Shown in pieces: positions 16,650 through 26,085 of a DNA stretch of 39,655 nt. Within the stretch, counting starts at the first letter, position 1. Every line of letters begins with the position of its first letter. Below the pieces are notes generated by a model. The model was not told where the DNA came from. It saw nothing but the letters and a program-made list of their open reading frames with translations, and did no database searches. The DNA lies in UHGV virus genome UHGV-0337752. One strand, 5' to 3'. The position numbers and the translations under genes are program-made. The DNA comes from a virus.

Positions 16650-16862
16650 ATGCAAGTTAAATTTTCTGATTTTGAAACAACACACTGCAATTATTGTGCA
16701 AACAATGGTACAGAAATGTGTACATGTTGTAGTTCTCCTAATGGTTATATTGGTATACCGAGTTCTTATTATCCATCTGTTGAGTGGGGAAATTCATACT
16801 TTCGGTTATTGGAAGAATACAGTAAACTCTTATATAATATGGGTTTTGAGGTAACAAGATAA
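16650..16862 (+). CDS. small Cys-rich protein, 70 aa
   Basis: ATG 2 nt after the upstream stop. HCNYCANNGTEMCTCCSSPNGY. Confidence 0.35.
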   Translation: MQVKFSDFETTHCNYCANNGTEMCTCCSSPNGYIGIPSSYYPSVEWGNSYFRLLEEYSKLLYNMGFEVTR

Positions 16863-17242
16863 TGAGTAGATGGAAACAATACAATCCAAATCCTAAAAAT
16901 GCCCGCGTAGGGGACTGCCCCATCCGGGCTATAACCAAAGCCCTAGATAGCGACTGGGAAACGGTATTTGCCGGAGTGACTGTATGTGCGTGTGCTCTAT
17001 CTGATATGCCATCAGCCAATCATGTGTGGGGTGCATACCTACGTCAAAATGGGTTTAAACGGTACATAGTGGATGACCACGGACAAGATGTATACACGGT
17101 CGAGAACTTTTGTCAGGATAATCCTATGGGAACATACATATTAGCAATTACAGGGCATGTGGTGTGTGTGCAAGATGGTTATTACTGGGATACATGGGAC
17201 AGCGGGCAGGAGATACCAATATATTACTGGGAAAGGCGATAA
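16862..17242 (+). CDS. hypothetical protein with conserved Cys/His (possible papain-like peptidase fold)
   Basis: VGDCPIRAITKAL ... ITGHVVCV; Cys19 and His108 spaced as in permuted papain-like enzymes. Weak assignment. Confidence 0.35.
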   Translation: MSRWKQYNPNPKNARVGDCPIRAITKALDSDWETVFAGVTVCACALSDMPSANHVWGAYLRQNGFKRYIVDDHGQDVYTVENFCQDNPMGTYILAITGHVVCVQDGYYWDTWDSGQEIPIYYWERR

Positions 17243-17243
17243 C

Positions 17244-17591
17244 ATGGACATAATGGAGTTTGGCAAGACATTTCTTGCTATTTGTGGAGCAATTACAATT
17301 ATTGGTGGCGCGGCGGGGGTTATTTACGGTTGGTTGAAACCTGCAATCAAACTTAAAAGCAGAGTAAAAACGCTTGAAGAGGCAGTTGACCCGGAGCTGG
17401 GGAAAAAGGTTGCCAAACTTGAAGAAAACGTTCAGAAAGACTATAAGTCCATACAGGAAATCAAGGATATGCAATCACTTTTATGCCAGGGGATGATTGC
17501 TATGATTGATAATCGTATAACCGGTAACAACATAGAGGGTTTAAAAAAAACCAAAGAAGCTATGATAAAGCATTTGTCAGAGGGTATTTAA
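17244..17591 (+). CDS. N-terminal TM plus coiled-coil protein (BhlA/UviB holin-like architecture)
   Basis: TM FLAICGAITIIGGAAGVIYGWL followed by a heptad-like charged region KTLEEAVDPELGKKVAKLEENVQKD. Confidence 0.35.
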   Translation: MDIMEFGKTFLAICGAITIIGGAAGVIYGWLKPAIKLKSRVKTLEEAVDPELGKKVAKLEENVQKDYKSIQEIKDMQSLLCQGMIAMIDNRITGNNIEGLKKTKEAMIKHLSEGI

Positions 17592-17602
17592 GGAGCGTTG
17601 CT

Positions 17603-17803
17603 TTGAAAGTATATGACTTTACAGTGCCAGAACTGAATTATTTTCGTACATATTGTAACTTTACAGATGAAGAGCGGGCGCTGTTTGAGTACCGGGCTAA
17701 AAATTATCCTTTGGAGTATTGCGCTGAATTAATGGATGTAAGTGTATCCACAGCAAAGAGACTGAGCAGAAAGGTAAACAATAAAATAATTCGGGTATGT
17801 TGA
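17603..17803 (+). CDS. small HTH protein (sigma region-4-like)
   Basis: C-terminal LEYCAELMDVSVSTAKRLSRKV. 66 aa. Confidence 0.35.
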   Translation: MKVYDFTVPELNYFRTYCNFTDEERALFEYRAKNYPLEYCAELMDVSVSTAKRLSRKVNNKIIRVC

Positions 17804-17825
17804 TACTTGAGTGATACTTTTATAA

Positions 17826-17857
17826 GTCTTTGACGAACTGTCAGAGGCTTATTTTTT
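17826..17857 (+). terminator. rho-independent terminator-like hairpin with T-run
   Basis: TCTTTGAC-GAACT-GTCAGAGG followed by CTTATTTTTT. Confidence 0.35.
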
Positions 17858-17895
17858 ATGGGATAATTAAAATATAAAAGAACGGAGGGGATATA

Positions 17896-18366
17896 ATGCC
17901 GCAACCATTTATTAATCCGAACTATCTCAACACATATCCAAATGCATATTCTTACCAGCCGCAGATGCAGCCGCCTATGGACCGCTTGCAGCAGTTACAG
18001 GCACCATATCAGATGCCGCAGCAGACACAAGTTCCACAAATTCCGCAGACGAATCAGGGTATCTTATGGGTACAAGGTGAAGCCGGGGCAAAGTCATATT
18101 TAGTGGCTCCCAGTACATCTATATTGCTGATGGATAGTGAAAATGAATATTTCTATATAAAAACAACCGATTCATCCGGTATGCCAACACTTCGTACTTT
18201 TGAATACAAGGAAATTATTAACGGTCAGAAAAAAGAATCTGTGCCGGCTGAAAATCTGGATGAAAAATATGTTACCCGAAATGAGTATCAGGATTTAAAA
18301 ACGAAGTATGAAGAATTATACGGTCTTTTAGAATCCAGCACAGCACCAAGCGGAAAGGGAAAATAA
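17896..18366 (+). CDS. Gln/Pro-rich N-terminus plus globular C-domain protein, 156 aa
   Basis: RBS GGAGGGGATATA before ATG. Starts a new transcription unit after the terminator. Confidence 0.4.
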   Translation: MPQPFINPNYLNTYPNAYSYQPQMQPPMDRLQQLQAPYQMPQQTQVPQIPQTNQGILWVQGEAGAKSYLVAPSTSILLMDSENEYFYIKTTDSSGMPTLRTFEYKEIINGQKKESVPAENLDEKYVTRNEYQDLKTKYEELYGLLESSTAPSGKGK

Positions 18367-18369
18367 TAT

Positions 18370-18618
18370 ATGAATCCATTATTTAGCATGTTGGGCGGCA
18401 GCTCACCAATGGGCGGCATGATGCCTGGAATGGGCGGGGGAAACAACCCAATGCAGATGATTCAGAAGTTTATGGAATTTAAGAACAACTTTAAAGGGAA
18501 TCCCCAGGAAGAAGTGCAGAAGATGCTACAGTCTGGTCAAATAACTCAGCAGCAGTTAGACCAGGCACAACAGATGGCCCAGCAGTTTCAGCAGATGCTT
18601 GGAGGCATGAAAAAATAG
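18370..18618 (+). CDS. Gly/Met/Gln-rich low-complexity protein, 82 aa
   Basis: Tightly coupled to the upstream gene. GGSSPMGGMMPGMGGGNNP... then Q-rich. Confidence 0.35.
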   Translation: MNPLFSMLGGSSPMGGMMPGMGGGNNPMQMIQKFMEFKNNFKGNPQEEVQKMLQSGQITQQQLDQAQQMAQQFQQMLGGMKK

Positions 18619-18672
18619 TACATAAATCAATGCGCATGATTTTGTAAATATATTTTAAAAGGAGTAAATTTT

Positions 18673-19386
18673 ATGGAAAGTGGTTACTCTTTAGCGGACA
18701 TTGCAGCCGCTACAGGAAACGGAAATAACAGAAATGGTGATGGTATGTGGGGCGACTGGATTTGGATTATCGTTCTCTTCCTGTTTGCTGGCGGCGGCTG
18801 GGGTAATGGTGGCTTCGGCGGAAACGGTGCGAATGGGGCAGGACTTCAGGGTCTTGCAACCAGAGCAGATATCAATGAGGGATTTGCTTTGAACGGTATA
18901 GAAAATGGAATCAGAGGTATCCAGCAGGGTATCTGTGACAGCACTTATGCACTGAACAACACCATCACCAGCGGTTTCAATGGTGTTGACCGCAGTTTAT
19001 GCCAGATGGGCTATCAGCTCCAGGATTGCTGCTGCCAGACACAGCGTGCAATTGATGGCGTAAACTACAATCTGGCTACACAGTCATGTGATACCAGAAA
19101 TACAATCCAGAATGCCACAAGGGATTTACTGGATAACAACAACAGTAATACCAGAGCTATCCTTGACTTCTTAACCCAGGACAAGATTTCCAGCCTCCAG
19201 GCAGAGAATCAGACTCTTAGGTTCCAGGCAAGCCAGACTGCCCAGAACGGATTTATTGATGCAGTTGGTAACACAATTGTTGCACAGCTTCGTCAGCCGC
19301 AGCCTGTACCGTCTTATACGGTTCCAGCACCATATCCATACGCATCTAACTGCGGTTGTGGATGCAATACTGGATGCGGATGCTAA
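18673..19386 (+). CDS. Gly-rich membrane protein with Cys-rich C-terminus
   Basis: RBS AAAGGAG before ATG. Gly-rich stretch, then TM WIWIIVLFLFAGGGW, then C-terminal NCGCGCNTGCGC. Confidence 0.4.
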   Translation: MESGYSLADIAAATGNGNNRNGDGMWGDWIWIIVLFLFAGGGWGNGGFGGNGANGAGLQGLATRADINEGFALNGIENGIRGIQQGICDSTYALNNTITSGFNGVDRSLCQMGYQLQDCCCQTQRAIDGVNYNLATQSCDTRNTIQNATRDLLDNNNSNTRAILDFLTQDKISSLQAENQTLRFQASQTAQNGFIDAVGNTIVAQLRQPQPVPSYTVPAPYPYASNCGCGCNTGCGC

Positions 19387-19657
19387 ATCGAAACGAGCAG
19401 TTTTATGATAATCTTGCTTTGTATGCAACTGCATTGCAGATGATTGACATAATTTTGCTTATTGGAGATGTATCTAATAATGATATTATGGAAGCATTGC
19501 AACAGCAGAATAAGGAGTACATGGAAAAGATTATCGACCAAAACAACCGCATATTGCGTATCTTGTCCGAAAAGGACATGTCTACTGAATAGTAGTATTA
19601 CACACATGGAGGGGTAGGCATAAGCTTGCCCTTCTGTGCATATAAGGAGGATTTATT

Positions 19658-20056
19658 ATGGCAGATTTTGTAACTGCTGGCACACAGACTGTTGAAGTCA
19701 ATGCAAGCGTTTTGTTTGCAGCAAACCGGGTATATTCTTGCAATTGCCCAAACATAAGGCATGAGCCACTTTCTGGGAGAGTAGTTTTACTACCTGGCCT
19801 GTACCGTGTAGGATTTAACGGAAACTTCTCCGCAGCCGCAGCAGGAGATGTTATTTTTGAAATACAGCAGGACGGAGAAGGCATTCCCGGTGCAAGAATC
19901 CAGAACACAGTTGCCGCCGGCGCAACAATTAACGGCGCAGCAACTGTAGAAGTAAGAGTGTGCAAGCCATGTTGTGCCACACTGTCTGTAAAAAACGTAG
20001 GTACAACAGTAGCAACAGTAACAGACGCTAACCTTGTGGTTAGCAGAATAGGTTAG
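19658..20056 (+). CDS. BclA C-terminal-domain-like (C1q/TNF-like) protein, 132 aa
   Basis: RBS AAGGAGGA before ATG. Beta-rich sequence ending ...TVATVTDANLVVSRIG resembles exosporium BclA/BclB C-terminal domains. No collagen repeats. Confidence 0.35.
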   Translation: MADFVTAGTQTVEVNASVLFAANRVYSCNCPNIRHEPLSGRVVLLPGLYRVGFNGNFSAAAAGDVIFEIQQDGEGIPGARIQNTVAAGATINGAATVEVRVCKPCCATLSVKNVGTTVATVTDANLVVSRIG

Positions 20057-20067
20057 GAGGTAAGGCT

Positions 20068-20607
20068 ATGAGTTATAAGATGATGCAGAATATCCACGAA
20101 GAGCTGGATAAGATTGCGGAAAAGGGCCTAAATACCAACAACCTTGAAACCGCATACAAATTGATTGACATGTGGAAAGACATGGAGAATGTGGAGTACT
20201 GGAAGTGCAAGGAAGAGTACTACAATCAGGTAATGGACGAAATGGATGGCGGAGAATACAGCGAAGCACGCCGCAAGCGTGATAGCATGGGGCGCTATAG
20301 CAAAGCTGATGGAATGTCACCAGACTATGATAATGACAGCTCATACCGTGGAACGCATGGAAAGCACTATGTCAGAGGACATTACAGCCGTGCTACTGGA
20401 CCTGCCTATGATGACTACATGAACCAGAAGCAGAGCTACAGAACTGGCGGAAAGGATGAGGATTGCAAGCGTCGTATGCTTGCAGCACTGGAAGAACATA
20501 TGGACGAATTGACTGAGGAATTAGGCGAAATGTCCAAGGATGCTGACTGCCGGGAGGAAAGAGAAACTATGAAGCGTTATATTGAAAAGCTTCGCAATGT
20601 AATGTAA
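20068..20607 (+). CDS. highly charged hypothetical protein, 179 aa
   Basis: RBS TAGGAGGTAAGG before ATG. Asp/Glu/Arg/Tyr-rich. Confidence 0.4.
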   Translation: MSYKMMQNIHEELDKIAEKGLNTNNLETAYKLIDMWKDMENVEYWKCKEEYYNQVMDEMDGGEYSEARRKRDSMGRYSKADGMSPDYDNDSSYRGTHGKHYVRGHYSRATGPAYDDYMNQKQSYRTGGKDEDCKRRMLAALEEHMDELTEELGEMSKDADCREERETMKRYIEKLRNVM

Positions 20608-20612
20608 CACAT

Positions 20613-20642
20613 TGGCGGTGGGGTAAAACCTACCGCTTTTGT
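20613..20642 (+). terminator. rho-independent terminator
   Basis: GCGGTGGG-GTAAAA-CCTACCGC (8-bp stem with one G-U pair) followed by TTTTG. Confidence 0.45.
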
Positions 20643-20713
20643 AAAATGTGGGGACGATTATTTTTTGTGAATACGTTAAAATGGGAGTAGGAATAAGATG
20701 AAAGGGGAAAAAC

Positions 20714-20926
20714 ATGGTAAAGGATGGTTGGGTATATTGCCCCATATGTATCAATAAAACCAGGATAAAAATTCGGCCTGATACAGAGGCTAGAAATTTA
20801 CCAGTATTTTGTCCAAAATGTAAGAATATATCAATTATGGATGTGAATAATTTTAAAGTTCAATTATCAAAATCAATCATTCCTACACCAACGATGTTTG
20901 ATAATACAAAACGGACAGTAAATTAG
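20714..20926 (+). CDS. Cys-rich KTR zinc-ribbon protein, 70 aa
   Basis: CPICINKTRIKIRPDTEARNLPVFCPKCKN: two CxxC pairs plus the KTR motif of the Cys_rich_KTR family. Confidence 0.5.
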   Translation: MVKDGWVYCPICINKTRIKIRPDTEARNLPVFCPKCKNISIMDVNNFKVQLSKSIIPTPTMFDNTKRTVN

Positions 20927-21171
20927 AGCCAGTCGCCAGTCGCAGAGCCATACAGATTACAGCAATGTAGTTTGTGTGGCTTTTTCTTATATTTGACCTC
21001 CCTCCTATAGCACATGTCCTTAAAAGAAACAGGTTCTAGCGCATAGCGTGAACAGCCTGGAGGTTGAAAAGCGGATGCAATTTCCGACATGTGCGTTACC
21101 CCGCCCGTGGTCCATCGGGCTTAATCCATACCTGCGGCGGCAGGTCAATAAACACGACCAGGAGGATAATT

Positions 21172-21810
21172 ATGCAGAAACTTATTGAAACATTGAAATC
21201 ATTTGGAATTGAGATTCCAGAGGACAAACAGTCAGATGTGAAAAAGGTATTGTCGGAACATTATAAGAATGCTGCGGAATACAATAAGGCCATATCAAAA
21301 CTGGAAACTGACCGGGATACCTGGAAAGAGAAAGCAGAAGCAGCCGAAACTACGCTGAAAGGCTTTGAAGGGGTTGACCTGGAGACGATGCAGAAAGAAC
21401 TGTCTGACTGGAAACAGAAAGCTACAGAAGCTGAAAAGAACGCCCAGGCACAGATTTATGAACGCGATTTTGCGGATGCGCTTAAAGCAGAATTTGAAGG
21501 GATTAAATTTTCTAGTGAGGCGGCTAAACGTGCAATCATGACAGAAGTAAAAGAGGCCGGTCTGAAATTAAAAGACGGTAAAATCCTGGGGCTGAATGAC
21601 CTTATAGGCCAGATGAAAGAAAAGGATGCTTCGGCATTTGTTGATGATGCGCAGCAGCAAATACAGCAGAACATGGCAAGGTTTACTGCTCCTAAAAAAA
21701 CGGGTAGTTCTGGCACCATGAATAAAGATGAGATTATGGCTATCAAGGACCGAAGTGAACGGCGCGCGGCAATAGCTCAAAACATGCATTTATTTGAAGG
21801 AGAAAAATAA
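21172..21810 (+). CDS. scaffolding protein
   Basis: RBS GGAGGATAAT before ATG 21172. Alpha-helical, charged, coiled-coil-like. Immediately upstream of the major capsid gene. Confidence 0.5.
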   Translation: MQKLIETLKSFGIEIPEDKQSDVKKVLSEHYKNAAEYNKAISKLETDRDTWKEKAEAAETTLKGFEGVDLETMQKELSDWKQKATEAEKNAQAQIYERDFADALKAEFEGIKFSSEAAKRAIMTEVKEAGLKLKDGKILGLNDLIGQMKEKDASAFVDDAQQQIQQNMARFTAPKKTGSSGTMNKDEIMAIKDRSERRAAIAQNMHLFEGEK

Positions 21811-22679
21811 TGGCAGCAGAAGTAAATTTGATAAAAAAATCCGACTTGGCAAGAGTGCGCGAAGTTGAATTTACTAATATGTTTGGTTACTCCATTAAAA
21901 AATTAATGGAAGCTCTGGGGGTAACAAGAAAGATTGCGAAACAGGCTGGTACTGTCCTTAAGTCTTATAAGGCAACCGGAACATTGGAAAGCGGAGAAGT
22001 ACCAGAAGGAGACACCATCCCGCTATCGAAGTACAAGACAGAACCTGTCACATACAAAGAAATCACACTGCACAAATGGAGGAAAGCAACATCTGCAGAG
22101 GCCATTATCGACCGAGGATATGACCAGGCAGTGGATATGACCACAGATGAAATGCTAAGAGATGTTCAGAAAGGAATCAGAAAAGATTTCTTTGATTTTT
22201 TGGCAACAGGCACAGGGACAGCAACCGGTGCTAGTTTTCAGGCAACACTTGCCCAGGCATGGGGGCAATTACAGGTACTTTTTGAAGATGATGAAATCCA
22301 AGCTGTTTATTTTCTTAATCCATTGGATGTAGCCGATTATCTTGCATCTGCAAACATTACTTTGCAGACCGCATTTGGTATGACATACGTAGAAAACTTC
22401 CTGGGTCTTGGGACTGTGATTTTTAACAGTTCTGTTCCGAAAGGGAAGATATACGCAACGGCGGCTGACAACATTGTATTGTATTATATCCCAGTAAATG
22501 GTGCTGATTTAAACGAAGCATTTTCGTTCACTTCTGACGAAACTGGATATATTGGAATTCATGAAGAGGCGGATTATACCAATATGACTGCATCAGATAC
22601 AGTTGTGTCTGGAATTGAACTTTTTGCAGAGCGAATTGACGGAATCGTGGTTGGAAGTATCAGCGCGGGGGGAGCGTAG
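21810..22679 (+). CDS. major capsid protein
   Basis: 289 aa. ATGG overlap with the scaffold gene. Position and size are typical of SPP1-like HK97-fold capsid proteins. Confidence 0.55.
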   Translation: MAAEVNLIKKSDLARVREVEFTNMFGYSIKKLMEALGVTRKIAKQAGTVLKSYKATGTLESGEVPEGDTIPLSKYKTEPVTYKEITLHKWRKATSAEAIIDRGYDQAVDMTTDEMLRDVQKGIRKDFFDFLATGTGTATGASFQATLAQAWGQLQVLFEDDEIQAVYFLNPLDVADYLASANITLQTAFGMTYVENFLGLGTVIFNSSVPKGKIYATAADNIVLYYIPVNGADLNEAFSFTSDETGYIGIHEEADYTNMTASDTVVSGIELFAERIDGIVVGSISAGGA

Positions 22680-22762
22680 CCGCCAGCACTTTATCCCTGG
22701 ATACTGACGGCGAAGAACTGACAGGGAGCAAGAAAACACAAAGTAAGTAAGGAGAAACCGAA

Positions 22763-23260
22763 ATGGCATATGCAGATTATGAGTTTTACAAAACAAAATA
22801 CTACGGCAATGTCATACCGGATTCCCGGTCATTTGATAAACAAGCAGAACGGGCAAGCGACTTTCTTGACATTATAACATTTGACCGATTGGTTGACGGC
22901 CTCCCAGAAAATGAACGAGCGCAAACCAAAATCAAGAAAGCCGTATGTGCCTTAGCTGATAAGCTGTATGGTTTGGAACTGGCAGAGAAACAGGCGCTAT
23001 CTGCCGCCGCTGGAAGTATAACCAGCGGGGCCGGCGACGCAACCACAGGCGTTATCACGTCAAAGTCATCCGGTTCCGAATCAATCATCTATGCATCCCC
23101 TTCTGAAATAGCCAACGGAGCTAAAGCCTGGAGTAATATATACTCGGTGGCGGGGGATGAACAGGAAACAAATAAGCTCCTGTATGATATTGCAAAGGTG
23201 TATCTGATGGGAGTAAGAGATAATAGTGGCGTTCCATTACTGTACGCCGGAATGGGGTGA
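22763..23260 (+). CDS. head-tail connector protein (gp6-like)
   Basis: N-terminus MAYADYEFYKTKYYGNVIPD...ERASDFLD is characteristic of gp6-like connector proteins. Confidence 0.5.
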   Translation: MAYADYEFYKTKYYGNVIPDSRSFDKQAERASDFLDIITFDRLVDGLPENERAQTKIKKAVCALADKLYGLELAEKQALSAAAGSITSGAGDATTGVITSKSSGSESIIYASPSEIANGAKAWSNIYSVAGDEQETNKLLYDIAKVYLMGVRDNSGVPLLYAGMG

Positions 23261-23526
23261 ATATGGACATTACAACATTAGGAACATGTGTGGCTATTGT
23301 GGCCCTGAGCTATGTGGTCGGCCTTGGATGCAAGGCGGCAAAGAAGATACCGGACGAATGGATTCCGGTCATTATGGCTGTTGTGGGTGGCATTCTGGGC
23401 GCGCTTGGTATGGGAACTATCCCAGACTTCCCGGCTACGGACTATATCACGGCTGTAGCGGTTGGTACTGTGTCTGGATTGGCAGCAACAGGGGTTAACC
23501 AGATGTATAAACAGATGAATAAATAA
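23257..23526 (+). CDS. small three-TM membrane protein (holin-like)
   Basis: 89 aa. Three hydrophobic helices and a charged C-terminus KQMNK. Confidence 0.3.
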   Translation: MNMDITTLGTCVAIVALSYVVGLGCKAAKKIPDEWIPVIMAVVGGILGALGMGTIPDFPATDYITAVAVGTVSGLAATGVNQMYKQMNK

Positions 23527-23541
23527 CGGAGGGGATACCTT

Positions 23542-24009
23542 ATGTACAATGCCACGGTGACAGTTTTTAATTACTACGAATCATCCACAACTGGCGTTGG
23601 TATTTGGTATCCCCATGTATTATCAGGCGTTGACCTTAATACCGACAAAGGCGCAATTCTAAAAAAGTATGGGCCAGAGAGCACGGATAATGCAGAGTTA
23701 CATATAGTCTACGAGTTACAAGATGGTAAACAGATAATCCGTGATGCTGATGGCAAAGTATTACCCTGGCTTCCTCCGAAGGAGTGGAGGAAACAGGTAA
23801 ATGATTTATTGGACGATACCATCACCTTTGATTTTTTGGACGATTGTTTTTTCTGGGAAGGAGTATGGAACAACGGTCCAGTAAACGATGAAGATTATCG
23901 TGACGGGTTTTATGCTTATATGAATAATCAGTATGACTTTGTATATTTGGTATCTTCTGTTGGTGGTCCATACTCTGTAATTCCTCACTTTGAAATATTA
24001 GGTAAGTAG
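23542..24009 (+). CDS. head-tail joining / minor capsid protein
   Basis: Gene order between connector and tail genes. Confidence 0.3.
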   Translation: MYNATVTVFNYYESSTTGVGIWYPHVLSGVDLNTDKGAILKKYGPESTDNAELHIVYELQDGKQIIRDADGKVLPWLPPKEWRKQVNDLLDDTITFDFLDDCFFWEGVWNNGPVNDEDYRDGFYAYMNNQYDFVYLVSSVGGPYSVIPHFEILGK

Positions 24010-24010
24010 T

Positions 24011-24502
24011 ATGGCAAGTAAAATAACACATTTTAAAGGATTCTCCGTTGTTGATGGTGAAATCAAAATCAAACTTGATTTGACCCGGTTTGATAAACAA
24101 TTCCAGCGCGCGCAGTATCAGCTTGACGGAAATGTCATGAATAGTATGGTCACTTTTATGCCTATGATTACAGGTAATTTTGTTGACGTTACTAGAGCGG
24201 CAAGCGCGGCAGTTCAAGGAACCGGAGAAGTTTATGCTGCATATGGACCATCCGGGCGTTTTTTGTATCAGGGTAAAACTATGGTCAGCACTGTTACTGG
24301 TAGTACCTGGGCTACAAAGGGGACTAAAAAGGTATTAGTAAGCCAATATGGAGGAAAAACAAAAGCAAAAGAGGATTTGAAATATACAAAAACAGCGCAT
24401 CCAAAAGCACAGGCTATATGGTTTGATGCAGCCAAAAAAGCAGATGGTAAATCATGGATAAAGCAAGCTAAGAAAACGGCTGGAGGTGGAATGCGTGGAT
24501 GA
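24011..24502 (+). CDS. minor capsid / tail completion protein
   Basis: Gene order. Lys-rich C-terminus. Confidence 0.3.
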   Translation: MASKITHFKGFSVVDGEIKIKLDLTRFDKQFQRAQYQLDGNVMNSMVTFMPMITGNFVDVTRAASAAVQGTGEVYAAYGPSGRFLYQGKTMVSTVTGSTWATKGTKKVLVSQYGGKTKAKEDLKYTKTAHPKAQAIWFDAAKKADGKSWIKQAKKTAGGGMRG

Positions 24503-25001
24503 TGAACGTAAACCAATAGGCAAAGACGCAAGCGGATATGATGTATTAACGACTGCTGTAAAGGCTTTGCTTAATCAATTCCCAGGCTTGTACGAAAATG
24601 AAACCGTCAAGTTTGAAGAATTGGGTGAGGATAGTGGAATTGCATTTTCAGCAGATAACGGAGCTTTGATATTTTCAGAAACCGAGGATGTGCTTGGTGG
24701 AGTACACCAAACCTGTCAATATCCCTTCTATATTATATACCGCACATCCTCTACAAGAGAACGCCAAAAAATGAGCATACAGGAATTTCTTGATACATTC
24801 GGAAAATGGTTATGCCGGGAACTAATTGTGATTGATGGGGAAGAGCAACGATTATCAAAATACCCCGCATTATCCCAGGGAAGGAAGATAACCAAAGTTA
24901 CCCGTGATAACTCATATGGGCTGGAACCGCAGGAAAATGGTGTGCAGGACTGGATACTTCCGGTATCAATAGAATATAAATACGATTTTGAAAGATGGTA
25001 G
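24486..25001 (+). CDS. minor capsid / neck protein
   Basis: Gene order. Overlaps the upstream gene. Confidence 0.3.
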   Translation: MECVDDERKPIGKDASGYDVLTTAVKALLNQFPGLYENETVKFEELGEDSGIAFSADNGALIFSETEDVLGGVHQTCQYPFYIIYRTSSTRERQKMSIQEFLDTFGKWLCRELIVIDGEEQRLSKYPALSQGRKITKVTRDNSYGLEPQENGVQDWILPVSIEYKYDFERW

Positions 25002-25065
25002 AGCCAGACGCTAAGACGCAGAGCCTTATGTGAGGCTCTATTTTTGTTTGAAAGGAGAAAAAACA

Positions 25066-25602
25066 GTGGCAACGTGGACTTATGCCGATGGAGAGGCAAA
25101 AAGAAAAGACTTTATGGTCTTTTGGATAACCGATAAAAGCACCACAAATATTGCAAAAGATAAACTTGAAATCATTGGAAAAGGCGTAGAGGATATGCCC
25201 ATATCCATGAATCCTGAGACAGAAGAAAGCCAAGATGTACTTGGGAATAACAATTATGACATTACAGGATATGCAGAGAGTATGACAGTTGACCCAACCA
25301 ATGTATCGGGCGAAAGTAAATACGCTCAGAAAATAGATACACTTATGGAGGAAAGGGCAACCCTGTCAGATTTGCGCTTGAAATATCTCTGTGTAAAGCG
25401 ATACAAAACCGACACTACAGGAAAGATGCGCGCATGGGTGCAGGAGGGTGTTGTTGAATTGGGAGACTTTGCAGGCGGCCTGAAAGGCGTTTCCGCAGCG
25501 CATACAGTGCATTATGTAGGAGATAGGACTCTTGGAGCTGTAGACCCATCGACAATGGCTTTTACCGCAGATGGAGCAAGCCCTGCGTCGTTATCCGAAT
25601 AA
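25066..25602 (+). CDS. major tail protein
   Basis: GTG start after GAAAGGAGAAAAAACA. About 178 aa. Sits before the tail chaperones and the tape measure. Confidence 0.45.
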   Translation: MATWTYADGEAKRKDFMVFWITDKSTTNIAKDKLEIIGKGVEDMPISMNPETEESQDVLGNNNYDITGYAESMTVDPTNVSGESKYAQKIDTLMEERATLSDLRLKYLCVKRYKTDTTGKMRAWVQEGVVELGDFAGGLKGVSAAHTVHYVGDRTLGAVDPSTMAFTADGASPASLSE

Positions 25603-25614
25603 GGAGATTAAAAC

Positions 25615-26085
25615 ATGCCTAATATTCCAATAAATATTGAAAGTCCTGTTAAATATTATGATTTCACGGACCAGCATGGTGATGTGCTGGCAACACTGAA
25701 ATTTGTGCCTACAGACCTGGATATTTTTAATCGGCAGCAAGCCACATATAAGGCTTTTGAAGATATGTGGCTTGAATTAAAAGGTATACAGGATAGAAAA
25801 GATGAAGAAAAAATGTCCTTGGATATCATAGATAAATACGCAAAACTACTCGAGGAAAAGTTTGATTATCTGTTTAACGCAGATACTTCTGGTTTTTTCA
25901 AAATTGCCAGTCCATTTACCCCTATGGAAGATGGAACCCCCTGGGCGCTGGTAATCTTGGAGAATGTTAAGAAAATCATTGAGCAGGAAACCGGAAAGAA
26001 CCTTAAGGAAATGGAGAGCAAGGCCGGGAAATACACACAGCAGTATAATTCTGGTCCTGGAAAATATCCGTTTCCGGTGAAATGA
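25615..26085 (+). CDS. tail assembly chaperone
   Basis: Position between the major tail and tape measure genes. RBS AAGGAGAT. Confidence 0.4.
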   Translation: MPNIPINIESPVKYYDFTDQHGDVLATLKFVPTDLDIFNRQQATYKAFEDMWLELKGIQDRKDEEKMSLDIIDKYAKLLEEKFDYLFNADTSGFFKIASPFTPMEDGTPWALVILENVKKIIEQETGKNLKEMESKAGKYTQQYNSGPGKYPFPVK

